Positions 24,859-36,730 of a DNA stretch of 64,000 nucleotides are shown piece by piece (position 1 is the first letter of the stretch; every line of letters begins with the position of its first letter). Under the pieces are notes generated by a model. It worked only from the letters and a program-made list of their open reading frames with translations, did no database searches and was not told the origin of the DNA. Source of the stretch: Heteronotia binoei (lineage: Eukaryota); contig NC_083233.1 in assembly GCF_032191835.1 (NCBI RefSeq), positions 48,918,001-48,982,000 on the forward strand. Direction: 5' to 3'. A program made the translations under genes and the position numbers.

Positions 24859-25184
24859 CTCCTATCCCCCCAATGTGATCTATGCCATCATTTGTCAGCA
24901 GTGCCCTTCTGCTCTTGACATAGAAGAATAAATTGGCATGCAATTTGCATTCAAAATGGTAACATTCAGAAACTGGTAGAGGAACATTTCAGTCTCCCAG
25001 GAACACACTGATCTGAAAGTCACTTGTCTGCAACAAAAGAACTTCAAAGGATGGGATTTCCAGTGTGAAATTGCTGAATTCAGCAAGAAACTTGACACCT
25101 TCTCTCCAAGACAAGGATGTGGGATTCCTCAGTCATCAAAGATGTTAACAAGCTTAGCACAACTAATGAAACAGGGCTGTCATC

Positions 25185-26070
25185 AATTATCACTGTGGTG
25201 AATGGTCTCTGTACTTTCCTTCATTGCATTTTGCATTTTACTTGGTTACATCTCACCAGGTGCTTCCTGTTGTGTGGTCTCATTTGGAATACTGTGCACA
25301 CAGTTCTGGTCACCATATCTCAAAAAGGACATTGCAGAGCTGGGAAAAGTACATAAGGGCAATCAAAATGATTAAGTAGTTGGAGCACCTTCCCCATGAG
25401 GAAAGACTGAAGAGTCTGGAACTTTACAGTTTAGAAATGTGACAACTAGGGGCGACATGAAAGAGGTTTACAAAATTATGGATGGGGTAGAGAGTGTTGA
25501 CAAGGAGACATTTTTCTGTTTCAAAATACTAGAACTCAAGGGCACCCAATGAAGCTGGTGGGCTGTAGATTCAGGATGGTCAAAAGGAAATACTTCTTTA
25601 TGCAGCAAATGATTAAAACGTGGGATTCACTGCCATAGGAATTTGCTGCCCATAGTGATGGCCAAAGGCAGACAGGGCCAGCCCTGTCACTAGGCAAACT
25701 AGGAGATTGCCTAGGGTGCTGGCCTGGGGTGCCAAATTGGGCACCCCTGCATATGACTCAGTGATGTTATCAGTGCAGGGGGGGCAACAGAAGTTCGTCC
25801 TGCCTAGGATGCCAGACAGTCTATGGCTGGTTCTGCAGGCAGAGATGGTTTTAAAAGGGTATTAGATTCATGGAGGATAGGTCTATAAATGGGTAATGGT
25901 CATGGGCACCTCCATGTTCAGAGGCAGTAAACCTCTGAATACCAGTGTCAGGAGTCAACATCAGGGGAAGGCATTGTCCTGTTGTTGGCCCTTCAGAGGA
26001 ACTGGTTGGCAACTGTATGAAACAGGAAGCTGGAGTTGATGAGACACTGGTCTGATCCAGCAGGGCTCTT
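25185..26070 (+). mobile_element. CR1 LINE 3' fragment interrupted by a MITE
   Basis: CR1 ORF2 end and 3' UTR (GGGCACCCAATGAAG, GAGGCAGTAAACCTCTGAATACCAG, GATCCAGCAGGGCTCTTC). Confidence 0.8.
25673..25835. mobile_element. hAT-type MITE nested in CR1
   Basis: TIR CAGGGCCAGCC / GGCTGGTTCTG; 8-bp TSD AAGGCAGA (25665-25672) / CAGGCAGA (25836-25843). Confidence 0.75.
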
Positions 26071-28760
26071 CCTATGGCCTTCTGAACTGCTACAAAGAGC
26101 TCCCCCCCCACCATAACCTCATATATAAATGTTTGCTTAATGATGACCCACAACATGCATCTGACAAAGTAAGCTTTAAGGTGAAAAAAAATAATCTGCC
26201 AAGAGTCCTCTTATGTTTTGGTGCAACAAACTAATATGGTTATTTTGCTGGAATGGCATGTGTGAGTGAAGCGCTGCCATCCTTTATCTTCCCACCAGGC
26301 CACCTCTTTCCCTGCCTCTCCTTTACCACTCCTTCAGAGCTAAAAGAAGGACAAGAGGAAATTTGAGCTTTGTCTCTAATTTCTCTCAGATCCAGACTCG
26401 GAACTTCAAGAGAGCTTTTTGAAACAAAAGCATCTTTGCAGTGCATTCCTATATATGTTTACTCAGAAGTAAGTCCTGCTGTATTCCATAGGGCTTATTC
26501 CAGAGAAAATGAGCAGCTAAGTCTTCCTATTGTCATTCTCTCACACTAGGTGAAGCCTTGGAAGACATCCATTCTGCATAAAGACTGGGCTGGTGCTGGT
26601 ATTGGAACTGAAATGGCCTCCTGCCGCTGTCTCTGTGGAGTAGCAGACGGCACTAAAGAGGCAGAGGCTGAATACTGGTGGCGCCCAGAGCACATTAGAA
26701 GGCAAAAGAATGCTGGCATTTGGCACAAACACACACACATACACCTCTTAGCTTTATAGCTGCATTTAAGTTATTCCTATTTTTTCTTTTTGTCTGAGAA
26801 TACGACGATTACATTAAACACTGCCCTGCACTCCTTGGAGGAAGGATGGGATGTCAGTGTAAGAAATGGGAAGGGGGGAATCATATTTTGCCCTAGAGAG
26901 AATGTCATGGGTCATCATCTGTGAGGGGGATGCAGTTCTCCTTGTAAATTGGTCCTTTAAATCTCCACACTTGGAAATGTACATGCTTGCAATGACTTCT
27001 CAGGCTGTTTTATCCCATGGGATGTCAGCCCACAGCACGGTTAAATTATTTGTTCCAGTTCTTTATTGCATGGTCTCCGCATTCTTGAGTCATAAGATGT
27101 ATCATGAACAGCATTTCCAGGGTTGGTTCCTTTTGGAAGAGTAAGCACTGGAGACTTGCAGTGTTTTCACAGTACTTGCTTTATTTATAAATATCCAAGC
27201 AGCTCACAAGTGAAAGCGAAGAGGCACTCCTACTGGGTATGAAGTCCACTACCACACATCAGATCCAGAGACAGAGAGAGATCAGTCTCAGTGGGCCAGC
27301 ATACAGCAATCTGTCTGCTTTTCTCCTTCCAAATTTAGCTTTTGTCTGCACACAAACATCATACTTCTGCCTCCACCCTTAGGCAGTGTTTGAACAGAGC
27401 TACTGGGAAACTACCAACTAAAAAGGAATCTTGCCCCCCTTGAGAAAACATCCACCATTGTTAAGGGATATTAAACATTAAGGATGTTTGATCACCACAG
27501 GCTCTGTCCCATAAACCCACATCACTGATTTTGCATGGGAAATATATAGCACCTTTCTAAGTGGCAGACAATTTAGGGTTAAACTATTTACAGTTATTCT
27601 ACATGTTGCAATAGAAACAGTCAGTAGCCCAGAGTGTTTACCTTGTATAATAAGTTATTTTTTATGTTTGGAAATGTTGGAGTCAGTGAGGGATCAAACA
27701 TATCAAGCATTTCTCAATCCCTGGAATCAAGATTTCTCTACTTCCTTCCTCGCTACTTGTTCAATGCAAACAAATGTATTTGTAAATAAAACAAAGGATA
27801 ATTGTGGCCTGATTAAGTAAGCTTGCAGTGGAACCATCAGGAGCAACAGCATATATTGTGACATGAATTTTCAAAGCCAAGAGCTCACATCATCAGATCC
27901 ATGAAGCATAACAAATATGCTAAATGTAACAGTCAAACCAGTAGGAAAAGGAAATACTCTAGTGCAAAGTTAGAAGAGAGACAGAGGGACCTCTTCGGAC
28001 ACTGGAAATAACATCATGTAATCGTGCATCAATCTGCCAGCTAAAGTTAACAAAACCCAACCCATCTCCAAGTCTGTAATCAGGCTTTAAGGAGTTCTTA
28101 CTTTTGGCCACCAGATAGAGCTGTTGCAGTGTTTTTGACACAGCAGCTCCCAGTTTATCTGCCTCTGTTGTAAATTAGATCTGTTGTTGAGCACTTGGAG
28201 GAGTATCCATTGTTTACACACACACACACTTTTTGTGTGTGTTGCTACATTTAATAGATGGTTGAAGTACATTTAAAGGTACAGCATACATTCTGTAATG
28301 GCAAATTTAAAAATAAATCCCCCAAACAAGAGAAATCTTTGCTGCAGTTCCTGATCAACAACATCCCTCAATCCAGCCACTCATCAGGACTCAGAAAGGA
28401 GACACACACACACACACACCCAGCCTTGCTTTTAGTCCCCTCCCAAGAGACATGGTTCCCTGAGAAGGGCAGCCATAAGCACACATACACACCACCCCTC
28501 CTGAAGGAATCTGCCCACCCCTCAGCTTACTAGGCAAGCATTTGTTTGTCCTGCAGAGATTTATAAGTGTTTACCCTACTTCCAGCATGCCAGCCAGAGA
28601 GTCTCCTTTGAGCATGAGATGCCACAATTGTTCAGCAAAATGGCAACACATGGGAGGTAAACATGACATCAGTGCAGTCAATATTTAGTGCTGCTTCAGT
28701 CAGCAACATGGGAAAGGGCTCAGTCACGGTAGGCTTCTAGAGTCAGGTGAGCCCTACTCT

Positions 28761-28968
28761 CTAGGGAGGGCAGCTAGACTTCTGGAGAAAAGGGGCTGTT
28801 CCAGACCTCTGTTCCTTGTCCTCCTCTACTTCATCATCTTCCCTGTCACTGCCTGATTCCTCAGAGTCCTCATAGAAGCTAATGGTCGCCTGGACTGGAA
28901 AGTTCTCCAGCAGTTTCTCACCCTCTGCGTACAAATAATCAAAGGATCTTGATTTGGGCCAAAAGAGC
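28761..28968 (-). CDS. RIPPLY1: RIPPLY1 exon 4: Ripply homology domain and acidic tail
   Basis: CCCACAG acceptor. LFWPKSRSFDYLYAEGEKLLENFPVQATISFYEDSEES contains the FPVQ motif; TAG at 28763-28761. Paralogue assigned from the LFWPKSRSFDYLY match and CLDN2 adjacency. Confidence 0.95.
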
Positions 28969-29066
28969 CTGTGGGAAGAAGAGAAGAGAACTGAGATATG
29001 CAACCTCTTTTGATTCCTGTTGGGAAGGAAAGCCCACGGAGGAAGCCATGTTGAGAGTGATGGAAC

Positions 29067-29244
29067 TAGGGTTACCAAACTGGAATTCTCTTGGAATTAC
29101 AAGACTAAAGAGATCAGTTCTCATGAAGACAGTGGCAGCTTTGGAGGACAGACTCTATGTCATCATATCCCCACTGAATTTCCTTCCCAACCCAGGCACT
29201 CTCCTAAAATCCAGGAATTTCCCAAGTTGCAGTTGGCAACCTTA
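29067..29244 (+). mobile_element. TAGGGTTGCCA-family MITE in RIPPLY1 intron 3
   Basis: TAGGGTTACCAA ... TTGGCAACCTTA with the family interior. Confidence 0.75.
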
Positions 29245-29420
29245 GTCAGGGAGCAGAAAGAGAACAGACAAGGCATTGATTGGAGATATGATGGGAACAC
29301 AGGCCTAAAACAGAGAAGGAAGCAGTCCTAAAGCTGCATTTCCTGATGTTAAATGATGGGAACAGGACAAACGAGGGAGCTGATTTGTGGAAGGGGTTTT
29401 GTGGTTAGCTGTTTACACAC

Positions 29421-29482
29421 CTGACAGGATGTCGGAATGATGTAAGCTGCTCCTTGCTTATCTTGTAACCTTCACTGTAGGC
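29421..29482 (-). CDS. RIPPLY1: RIPPLY1 exon 3 (62 bp)
   Basis: CTCCAG acceptor, AG|GTGTGT donor; encodes AYSEGYKISKEQLTSFRHPVR with the conserved FxHPVR; phase 0 to 2 fits the neighbours. Confidence 0.9.
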
Positions 29483-30355
29483 CTGGAGGACACAAGTAAG
29501 ATACATTAGGCTACAACCAATGTTTCTATGCTGTAGCAGGACAACCTCTCCATCACTACTACGAGACAAAGAACATGGCCTTAGGGACAGAGGCACCTGA
29601 CCCAATGCTGTCAAGCAGTTTCCTCACAGCTGAAACACTGAAGAATGCCAGAACCTGCCAGCCAGCACAGGGCCAAGTGTATAGGCAGTTTGAGCGGTGC
29701 TTTGGGACAGCAACAGTGCACAAACTGTGCAACCTGCATCTTCCAGGCAGTAGCACAAGAGATCCTGGTTGCGTTCTCAAGTGTGTGCAGTCTGTGCAGC
29801 CACTTTAAATGGGTATCTTGAATCATCCCTCAAGCCAACTTGAAGGTAGTCCTTTTAACGGATGGGGAAACAGCAGTCTGTTAGCAAAACGTAGAGAATG
29901 GGTTGAGCAGCTCTTGTGAGCAAGGCCTCTTCCATGTGAACAGGGCATATGAATGTGTGAGTTACTAGGGCCAGTTCAGAAACATATTATCAGCCTTTGG
30001 TCTGAAGCATTTGCATGTCTTTACAGTCACATCACTTCTCTGCTAAAAAAATTTAAGGCATTTTAATTTTAACAATTCAGTGCATGCTGGCCAGTGGCAG
30101 GCAATTGCTGGAAAGGCAGAGAGTTGCAACAAATCCCACTAACTCCCTGAAGAATGTTGGCTTTGCCAAGGAACAAGCCACCCTTTCACTCCAAAAGCCT
30201 GCCATGGCAACAAGCATGCTTTGGGTTCTCCTCAAGACCCAGGAGAGGGGCTGAGAGGATAACAAACTTGTTCAAGTCTTGTTAATCCAAACCCTGATGA
30301 GCCCTCCTCCTGCTTACTGAGACTCTCACTGTGCCCAGCAGGAACATGGAAGGAG

Positions 30356-30631
30356 AGCCAGTTTGGTGTAGTGGTTAAGTGTGCGGACTCCTATCTGGGA
30401 GAACCGGGTTTGATTCCCCACTCCTCCACTTGCACCTGCTAGCATGGCCTTGGGTCAGCCATGGCTCTGGCAGAGGTTGTCCTTGAAAGGGCAGCTGCTG
30501 TGAGAGCCCTCTCCAGCCCCACCCACCTCACAGGGTGTCTGTTGTGGGGGAGGAAGGTAAAGGAGGTTGTGAGCTGCTCTGAGACTCTTCGGAGTGGAGG
30601 GCGGGATATAAATCCAATATCATCTTCTTCC
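30356..30631 (+). mobile_element. Young full-length Squam3-like SINE in RIPPLY1 intron 2
   Basis: A and B boxes intact; nearly identical to 24591-24858. Confidence 0.9.
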
Positions 30632-30761
30632 TTAGCGGTGGTGCCACCCTGCCCTTGTATGTCATGGTAGTCCCATCATTTCCTTTCTCTGCTTGCCCTC
30701 TGGGATATCAACCCCGTCATTCATGACCTTTCACCTTGTATCCCCCTTTCAAGGGAGCAGC

Positions 30762-30980
30762 TAGGGCTGCCAACCTCCAGGTGGTGGTTGGTGACCTCCT
30801 GGGATTACTACTGATTCCCAAGCAACAGAGAACAGTTCACCTGGAGAAAATGGCCACTGTATAAGGTGGACTCTATGGCATCATACCCCACTAAAATCCC
30901 TGCCCTCCCTAAACCCCACCCTCCTCAAACTCCACCTCCAAAACCTCCAGGAATTTTCCAACTCCTAGCTGGCAACCCTA
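30762..30980 (+). mobile_element. TAGGGTTGCCA-family hAT MITE in RIPPLY1 intron 2
   Basis: TIRs TAGGGCTGCCAA / CTGGCAACCCTA; TSD GGAGCAGC (30754-30761) / GGAGCAGT (30981-30988). Confidence 0.88.
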
Positions 30981-30994
30981 GGAGCAGTACTTAC

Positions 30995-31070
30995 TGGGCT
31001 CTCCTGTGTCTTAGCTTCTTTGGTGACCTTCTGTGGGTTGGGCAGCCATGGCCTCCATAGTGCAAAGGGC
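30995..31070 (-). CDS. RIPPLY1: RIPPLY1 exon 2 (76 bp) with the WRPW Groucho/TLE-binding motif
   Basis: CCACAG acceptor, CCA|GTAAGT donor; encodes PFALWRPWLPNPQKVTKEAKTQESP. Confidence 0.93.
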
Positions 31071-31162
31071 CTGTGGCAAACAGGAAACGAGACACTGAGA
31101 GTCAGACGAAATGATTCAGGGACAGCATTTACATCTGATAGCTGCCTGGTCCCCATACTGGT

Positions 31163-31415
31163 ATAACATATGAACATATGAAGCTGCCTTATACTGAATT
31201 TTTATTTTATTTATTTATCTGGGACCCTCAGTCCATCAGACCCTCAGTCCATCAAAGTTAGTATTGTCTACTCAGACTGGCAGCGGCTCTCCAGAGTCTC
31301 AAGCTGAGGTTTTTCATGCCTACTTGCCTGGACCCTTTTTGGTTAGAGATGCCAGGGATTGAACCTGGGACCTTCTGCTTACCAGATGCTCTACCACTGA
31401 ACCACTGTACCTCCC
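31163..31415 (-). mobile_element. Young tRNA-derived SINE with CR1-like (CATATGTT)n tail in RIPPLY1 intron 1
   Basis: Highly similar to 55046-55262, apart from an internal insertion at 31200-31236. Confidence 0.88.
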
Positions 31416-31779
31416 CAAAAGGACATTCATAGACACAGACATTCATAGACACAGGTGGAGGTTCAAGGTAGGAGCCCCTCCATACACCTGGGGAGCTCAT
31501 GTACAGTCTAGCAAAGCCCCTATGTGCCCACCAGTTCCAAAAGACACCATGGCAGACATCTAGCTGGGAAACAGCCCAGAAGATGCTAGCAGTGCACAGG
31601 AATGTCACTGGTGTTCAGGTCCCACGTGTGCTCTGATCATAGTGATTGCTGCTGGAACCCAAATTTGCAGCCACCAGAATGCCTTGCAGAGGACTGCCTT
31701 CACAGGCCCCAGGAGGAAAGCAGCTTTCCCCCTCCCACACACACACACACAAAAAAAAAAACCACTTCTTAACTATGGT

Positions 31780-31980
31780 CAGTTGCCAACCTACAGGTGG
31801 AGCCTGGAGTTTGCCCAGAATTATAGCTGGTCTCCAGCCTACAGTGATGGGGGAAATGGCAGCTTTAGAGGACAAATTCTATTCTATAGCATAGATCCTA
31901 ACTGAAATTGTTCTCAATTCCCTTCCACATGCACTCCCCCAAATCACCAGGAATTTCCCAAGCCAGAGTTGGCAATCCAA
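31780..31980 (+). mobile_element. Diverged TAGGGTTGCCA-family MITE
   Basis: AGTTGCCAACC...GAGTTGGCAATCC with the family interior. Confidence 0.65.
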
Positions 31981-32136
31981 GGTCACAGTAACTCAATGCA
32001 CACATGCATGGATACACAGCCTCTCCCCACTGCCCCTGCTCAGGGCAGCAAAACGTTTTGGGCTTGGCTTGACCTCTTCTCCTCCAGGGTACATCCCCAT
32101 GCGGTTTTGCATGAGCCAAAGTCAGGATCTTCTTAC

Positions 32137-32240
32137 CTTCTACCTTCTCTTGGATCCTGGGCATGGTTCTTGGATTCCAAGAGCTGAAGGGTCCTCCTAA
32201 CAGAACCAGTGAGTGTCAGGCAGTTCAAAGAATCTTCCAT
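32137..32240 (-). CDS. RIPPLY1: RIPPLY1 exon 1 coding part
   Basis: ATG at 32240, open to the donor AAG|GTAAGA at 32137/32136 in the required phase 2. Total CDS 104+76+62+208=450 nt. An in-frame upstream ATG exists at 32285. Confidence 0.78.
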
Positions 32241-32292
32241 AGCTGAGCCCTTGGTGCCCTCCTCTGACTCCCTGGCTCTCGCCATAGTGACC

Positions 32293-32298
32293 TTTATA
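32293..32298 (-). promoter_or_regulatory. RIPPLY1 TATA box
   Basis: CCTATAAAGG on the minus strand, about 55 nt upstream of the ATG at 32240. Confidence 0.6.
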
Positions 32299-34189
32299 GG
32301 CCTTCCATGAGCGCATGCCTTGGGCAGGGGGAGGGGAGCAGTCCAGCCTGTGAAATGTGTCCCAGTTGAATAAACAGTGGGTCAGTATGGGGCTGAGAGA
32401 ACTTTGTCAGCTCCAGTGACAAAGACAAACACTGGAGAGAAAAGTGAGACACCATTTGTGAGAAATACCCCAGGGGGTAAGGATGGGAAGAGGAGGAGAA
32501 GCCTTTCATTTGAGGTAAGCAGCGACCCATTATTGCCCTTAATGTAAAACTGAGAGAGAAGGAGGCAAGGTCAGGTCAAGCCAGCACAGAACTAGGACAT
32601 TAGCTATCCAAAACTGTGGTGTTATTTCCCCCCTGAAGAATGGGAAAGCTTTAAAACATTGTATGCAGAGTCCGTTCTCAGCATATATTACTTATGCACA
32701 GTTTGTTGGTCTTCCAGGACAACTGGTTGACTAATGTGTGACACAGGATGCTAAACTAGATTTGCTGTTTCTGATCCATCAGGGCTCTTCGGTTCTTATC
32801 TATTTATTTAGACATTTATAGCACATTCCACCACCACCACCACCCCCAAACATAGACCCAAGCCAGCTTTCAGCTGGTCAGAGATGAGCTTCCAATGGCA
32901 GTGAGCTTCCAGGGCAGAGCCAGGATTTGAATCTGGGTCTCCCAGATCCTCCTCCAGCCAACTAGCCAGTGCCAAAAGAAGAATTTCTCCTCAGTTATTT
33001 GAGCAATAAGGAAACACCTCTTCCTTTTATTATTTACTGCATCTATATCCTGCACTATAACATATCTGGCTTTCCACACTGTTTAATACCATAAAGCAAT
33101 AATCAAGAAAGAAACCAAACCAATCAGTGAGATAACACTGGCAGGCAAGGATAAATATTGCAAAGACACCCAGATGTGGAAACCTGAGCAGTACAATCAA
33201 TGAACATGAAACCAGAGTTTGAAACAAGCCAGGAACAGGATGCTGAATGTTTAATCACTTGGTCCCTCTTGGTGATGGGATTGTGAGGTAAAAAGAAGCA
33301 GTCATCTGGCATTTGTGAACCCTCTAAGCCTTTCTGTCCCCAAATATAAACTTCCACCCAATAGTCACATAGGAGCTCATTTCTTGTAGTGGTTTCCCTG
33401 GTGTGTCACATTGGACACAGTGAGTTCGGCTGAGTCTTTGTCAGCACCCCAAAGGCAAGTCCATCTAGACTGTGAAAGGAGCTTCAGTGTGATAGGTGCT
33501 GTGTGCCGTGAAAGGACAGATGTGGGATTCAGTAGTGCATCTGCAGTGCCAACTCAAACCATGCCAGAATGGCTTAAATGAACCAGAATGATGTGCAGAC
33601 TGCAGACTGCACCAGCTGTTCTAGGGCTGTTCCTTTACAGTGGGAACTGGGTTATCTGAGGACTGTGGGAGGGAAAGAATCCTTTACCTCTGGTGCTCCC
33701 AGTATTTCCATTGCTGCTACTGAGAAGGAGAAAGACATGGTCAGATTTATGTGCACTTTTCCCTTCATCCCTTCTCCCCCCGCCCCTCTTTGGTTATCAT
33801 CGCAACTGAAATGAGATTGAACTGGAGGACCAGTTGAGGCTAGCAGAGAAGCAGACAGTCAGGTCCTTGGTGTGAGAGAGGGCCTCCCTCCCATTTTGGA
33901 AATTAGTAGGGCCTACGCAGCCAGACTGAGATGCGGTGTGTGCTTCTCTCTGCTTGTCTCTTCTTATTAGGGGTTACGTGTCTGGGAACTAGTACTGGTA
34001 TGAGGAGGCATGGAAGAATGTTGTGGCCATTGGGGGGTTGTTGTTTGCTTGTTTGGTGGTGGAGTTGTTGTGTTTTCATTTCAGATAGGAGTCGTGGAAT
34101 GGGAACCTTATAGGCTGGATAGTCCAATGCCCTACTCACTGTAAGAAATCCAAAGTTAAGGCCTTTGTTCAAAGACCTCTTGGGGAGGG

Positions 34190-34720
34190 AGATCCTTTCC
34201 ACCTTCCAGCCACTGGTTCCCTTGTTGAACTGCTCTTAGCATAAGGAAATTTCTCTTAATGTTTAACCAAACCTACCATCCTGTAAGTTAAGAACATGAA
34301 ATCTAGTCTTGCCCTTTGGTGGAGGAGCAGAGAAAAAGTCTTTGCCCTCTTCAAAATGTTTGAAGAGCAAAATCACATCTCCCTCTCAGCCCATGCTAAG
34401 CATACCTACTTCCTTCAGTCTTCCCTTATATAGGACTTGTTTTCTTTGGAGCCTTTCACTGAACCTGGCCTAGTTTATCCTATATTGCAGCACCCAGAGA
34501 CATAGTGCTCCAAATGAGGTGTGACTTGCATAGAGCAAGGTGGAAGTATTATTTCTTATGCCCTGGAGACAGCAGCTTCAATCCAAAACCTTGTTGGCAT
34601 TTGCACCCCTGTTCATCCATTGCAGAGGAGGTTCTCCACTGCGCAGTTGTTAAATACTGGGTTCGTTGCATGAGGAGGCTCTTGCACAGTGATTAGAGCT
34701 CTTTATTAGTGATTCAGCAT
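34190..34720 (-). mobile_element. Old CR1 fragment
   Basis: Antisense CR1 ORF2 remnants (GGAAATTTCTCTTAAT, CTACTTCCTTCAGTCTT, CTCCAAATGAGGTGTGAC). Confidence 0.6.
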
Positions 34721-35659
34721 GTTTACTAAGTGACTACAAAACTACTCCTAAGCACCAAAACATGTGGTAATATATACAGTTGGGGTAGGAGAAACCCAGC
34801 CTCCAAGAAGCAGAAACCCTCCTGTGATTGTGCCCTTTTTGGATCCTTCATTAGAATATGCATCCTCATTGGCAGATCCTAGGATCCTCTGATACTGCCT
34901 CCTGATTGGCCAGTTTGAATTATGAATCGGGATGCAGATCTTTGGATCCTCTCAGTCTATTGTGTTGCGCCTCAAGCTCAAGACACTACACCCAACATGT
35001 CCAGGTGTGCCTTCACATACATAACAGCAGTGCTTTCCTCTGGTGCTTTTCCAGTCATTGAAACATGCTTTCAACATGCATCAGCAGAAGCCCCAAAGTG
35101 CAGGAGGAACACACTCCACAGAAGAGGACCACTCCTGCAGTGAAGAATCACATGAAGTAGCAAGATTTAGGAACCCAGCCTAAAGTCACACTAGTCTCTT
35201 CTGCAGCTGCACCAAACTGCCAACTCCCTTTCAGTTTGTCATTGATCAAAATCCTGAGATTCTTTACACATGGACAGCTGCTAAGCCAAATACTTCTAAT
35301 CCTGCATTTGATTGCTTTTGTCTAAATGTAGAACTCCACCTTTGTCCCTAAAATTTCACTTTGTTAGTGAAATTAATATCTTTCCAACCTGGCAAGGTCA
35401 TTTTGAATTTTAGTTCTGTCTTCTAAGATGTTTGCTAACTCTCACATTTTGTGACACCTGATTCAATAAGGACTTCCCTCCCCCTTCCCTTCCATCCACA
35501 TTATTTATGAAAATGTTGAATCTATGCTCAGGATAGAAACTTAAACACCCCATTTGAAATGACCTGCCTCTAGATATGGCACTGGGAGACAGATGGGCCA
35601 AGAAGGGGAAGACAGGCAGATATTCAGTGTCTGTCCCTCTTCTATCTCTCAAGGACACA

Positions 35660-36561
35660 TTTATTTTATTTATTTATATTTAGACTTATATCCCGCCTTC
35701 TCACCGAAGTGTCTCAGGGCGGCTTACAACATAATAATTCACATAATTCAATTTAAAACATTTACAAGTACAATTAAAACCATAATTATTAAAAACAAGA
35801 TAAAATAAAACCAGCGGTCTGTAGTAGCATTTTGTTCCATCTAGAAGGTGTTCTCATTGTCAGTTAGATGTTATAGGCCTGCCGGAAGAGGGCTGTCTTA
35901 CAGGCCCTGCGGAACTGCCCTAGGTCCCGCAGGGCCCGCACCTCCTCCGGCAGCTGGTTCCACCAATAAGGTGCCGCTATTGAGAAGGCCCGATCCCTGG
36001 TGGATTTTAGACGGGCCTCCTTTGGCCCGGGGACTACCAGCAGGTTTTGTGAACCCGAGCGTAGTACTCTCTGGGGAATGTGTGGGGAGAGACGGTCCCT
36101 AAGGTAGGCAGGTCCTAGGCCATATAGGGCTTTAAAGGTAATGACCAACACCTTGTACTGGACTCGGAATATTACTGGCAGCCAGTGCAGATCCCGGAGC
36201 CCCGGCCAAATGTGCTCCCATCTTGGGAGCCCTAATAGCAGCCGGGCAGCAGCGTTCTGCACTAACTGCAGTTTCCGGGTCCGGCACAAGGGTAGCCCCA
36301 TGTAGAGGGCATTACAGTAGTCCAACCTCGAGGTGACCGTAGCATGAATCACTGTTGCTAGGTCGTTGCGTTCCAGGAAGGGGGCCAACTGCCTCGCCCG
36401 CCTGAGGTGAAAAAAGTGGACTTGGCAGTGGCTGCTATCTGAGCCTCCATCGTCAGAGAAGGCTCCAATAGCACCCCCAGGCTCTTAACCCTGCCCGTCA
36501 AAAACTGGCAGGGGGATTTCCCTTCCCGGGCCGCAGCGACCCAAGCAAAGGACCTCTGTCT
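35660..36561 (-). mobile_element. 5'-truncated young L2-clade LINE
   Basis: ORF 35864-36388 is uninterrupted and highly similar to 3565-4308; 3' UTR and (TAAA)n tail at 35660-35680. Confidence 0.93.
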
Positions 36562-36589
36562 TGATCATAATTCCCACAATACACCGGTT

Positions 36590-36730
36590 CTGAGAGCACT
36601 GTTACAGAATGCTAGGGTTGCCATGGGAAAATGTCTTCCATGGAAAAACACCGTGATCCTGGCTGAGCAAATTGACCTGGCATGTATCACTGAAACTACC
36701 TGGGTGAATCTCATAAATGTGGGTTAATCA
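36590..36730 (+). mobile_element. Old L2 endonuclease N-terminal remnant
   Basis: Encodes LLQNAR-like and DLACITET-W-like motifs with frameshifts. Confidence 0.5.
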
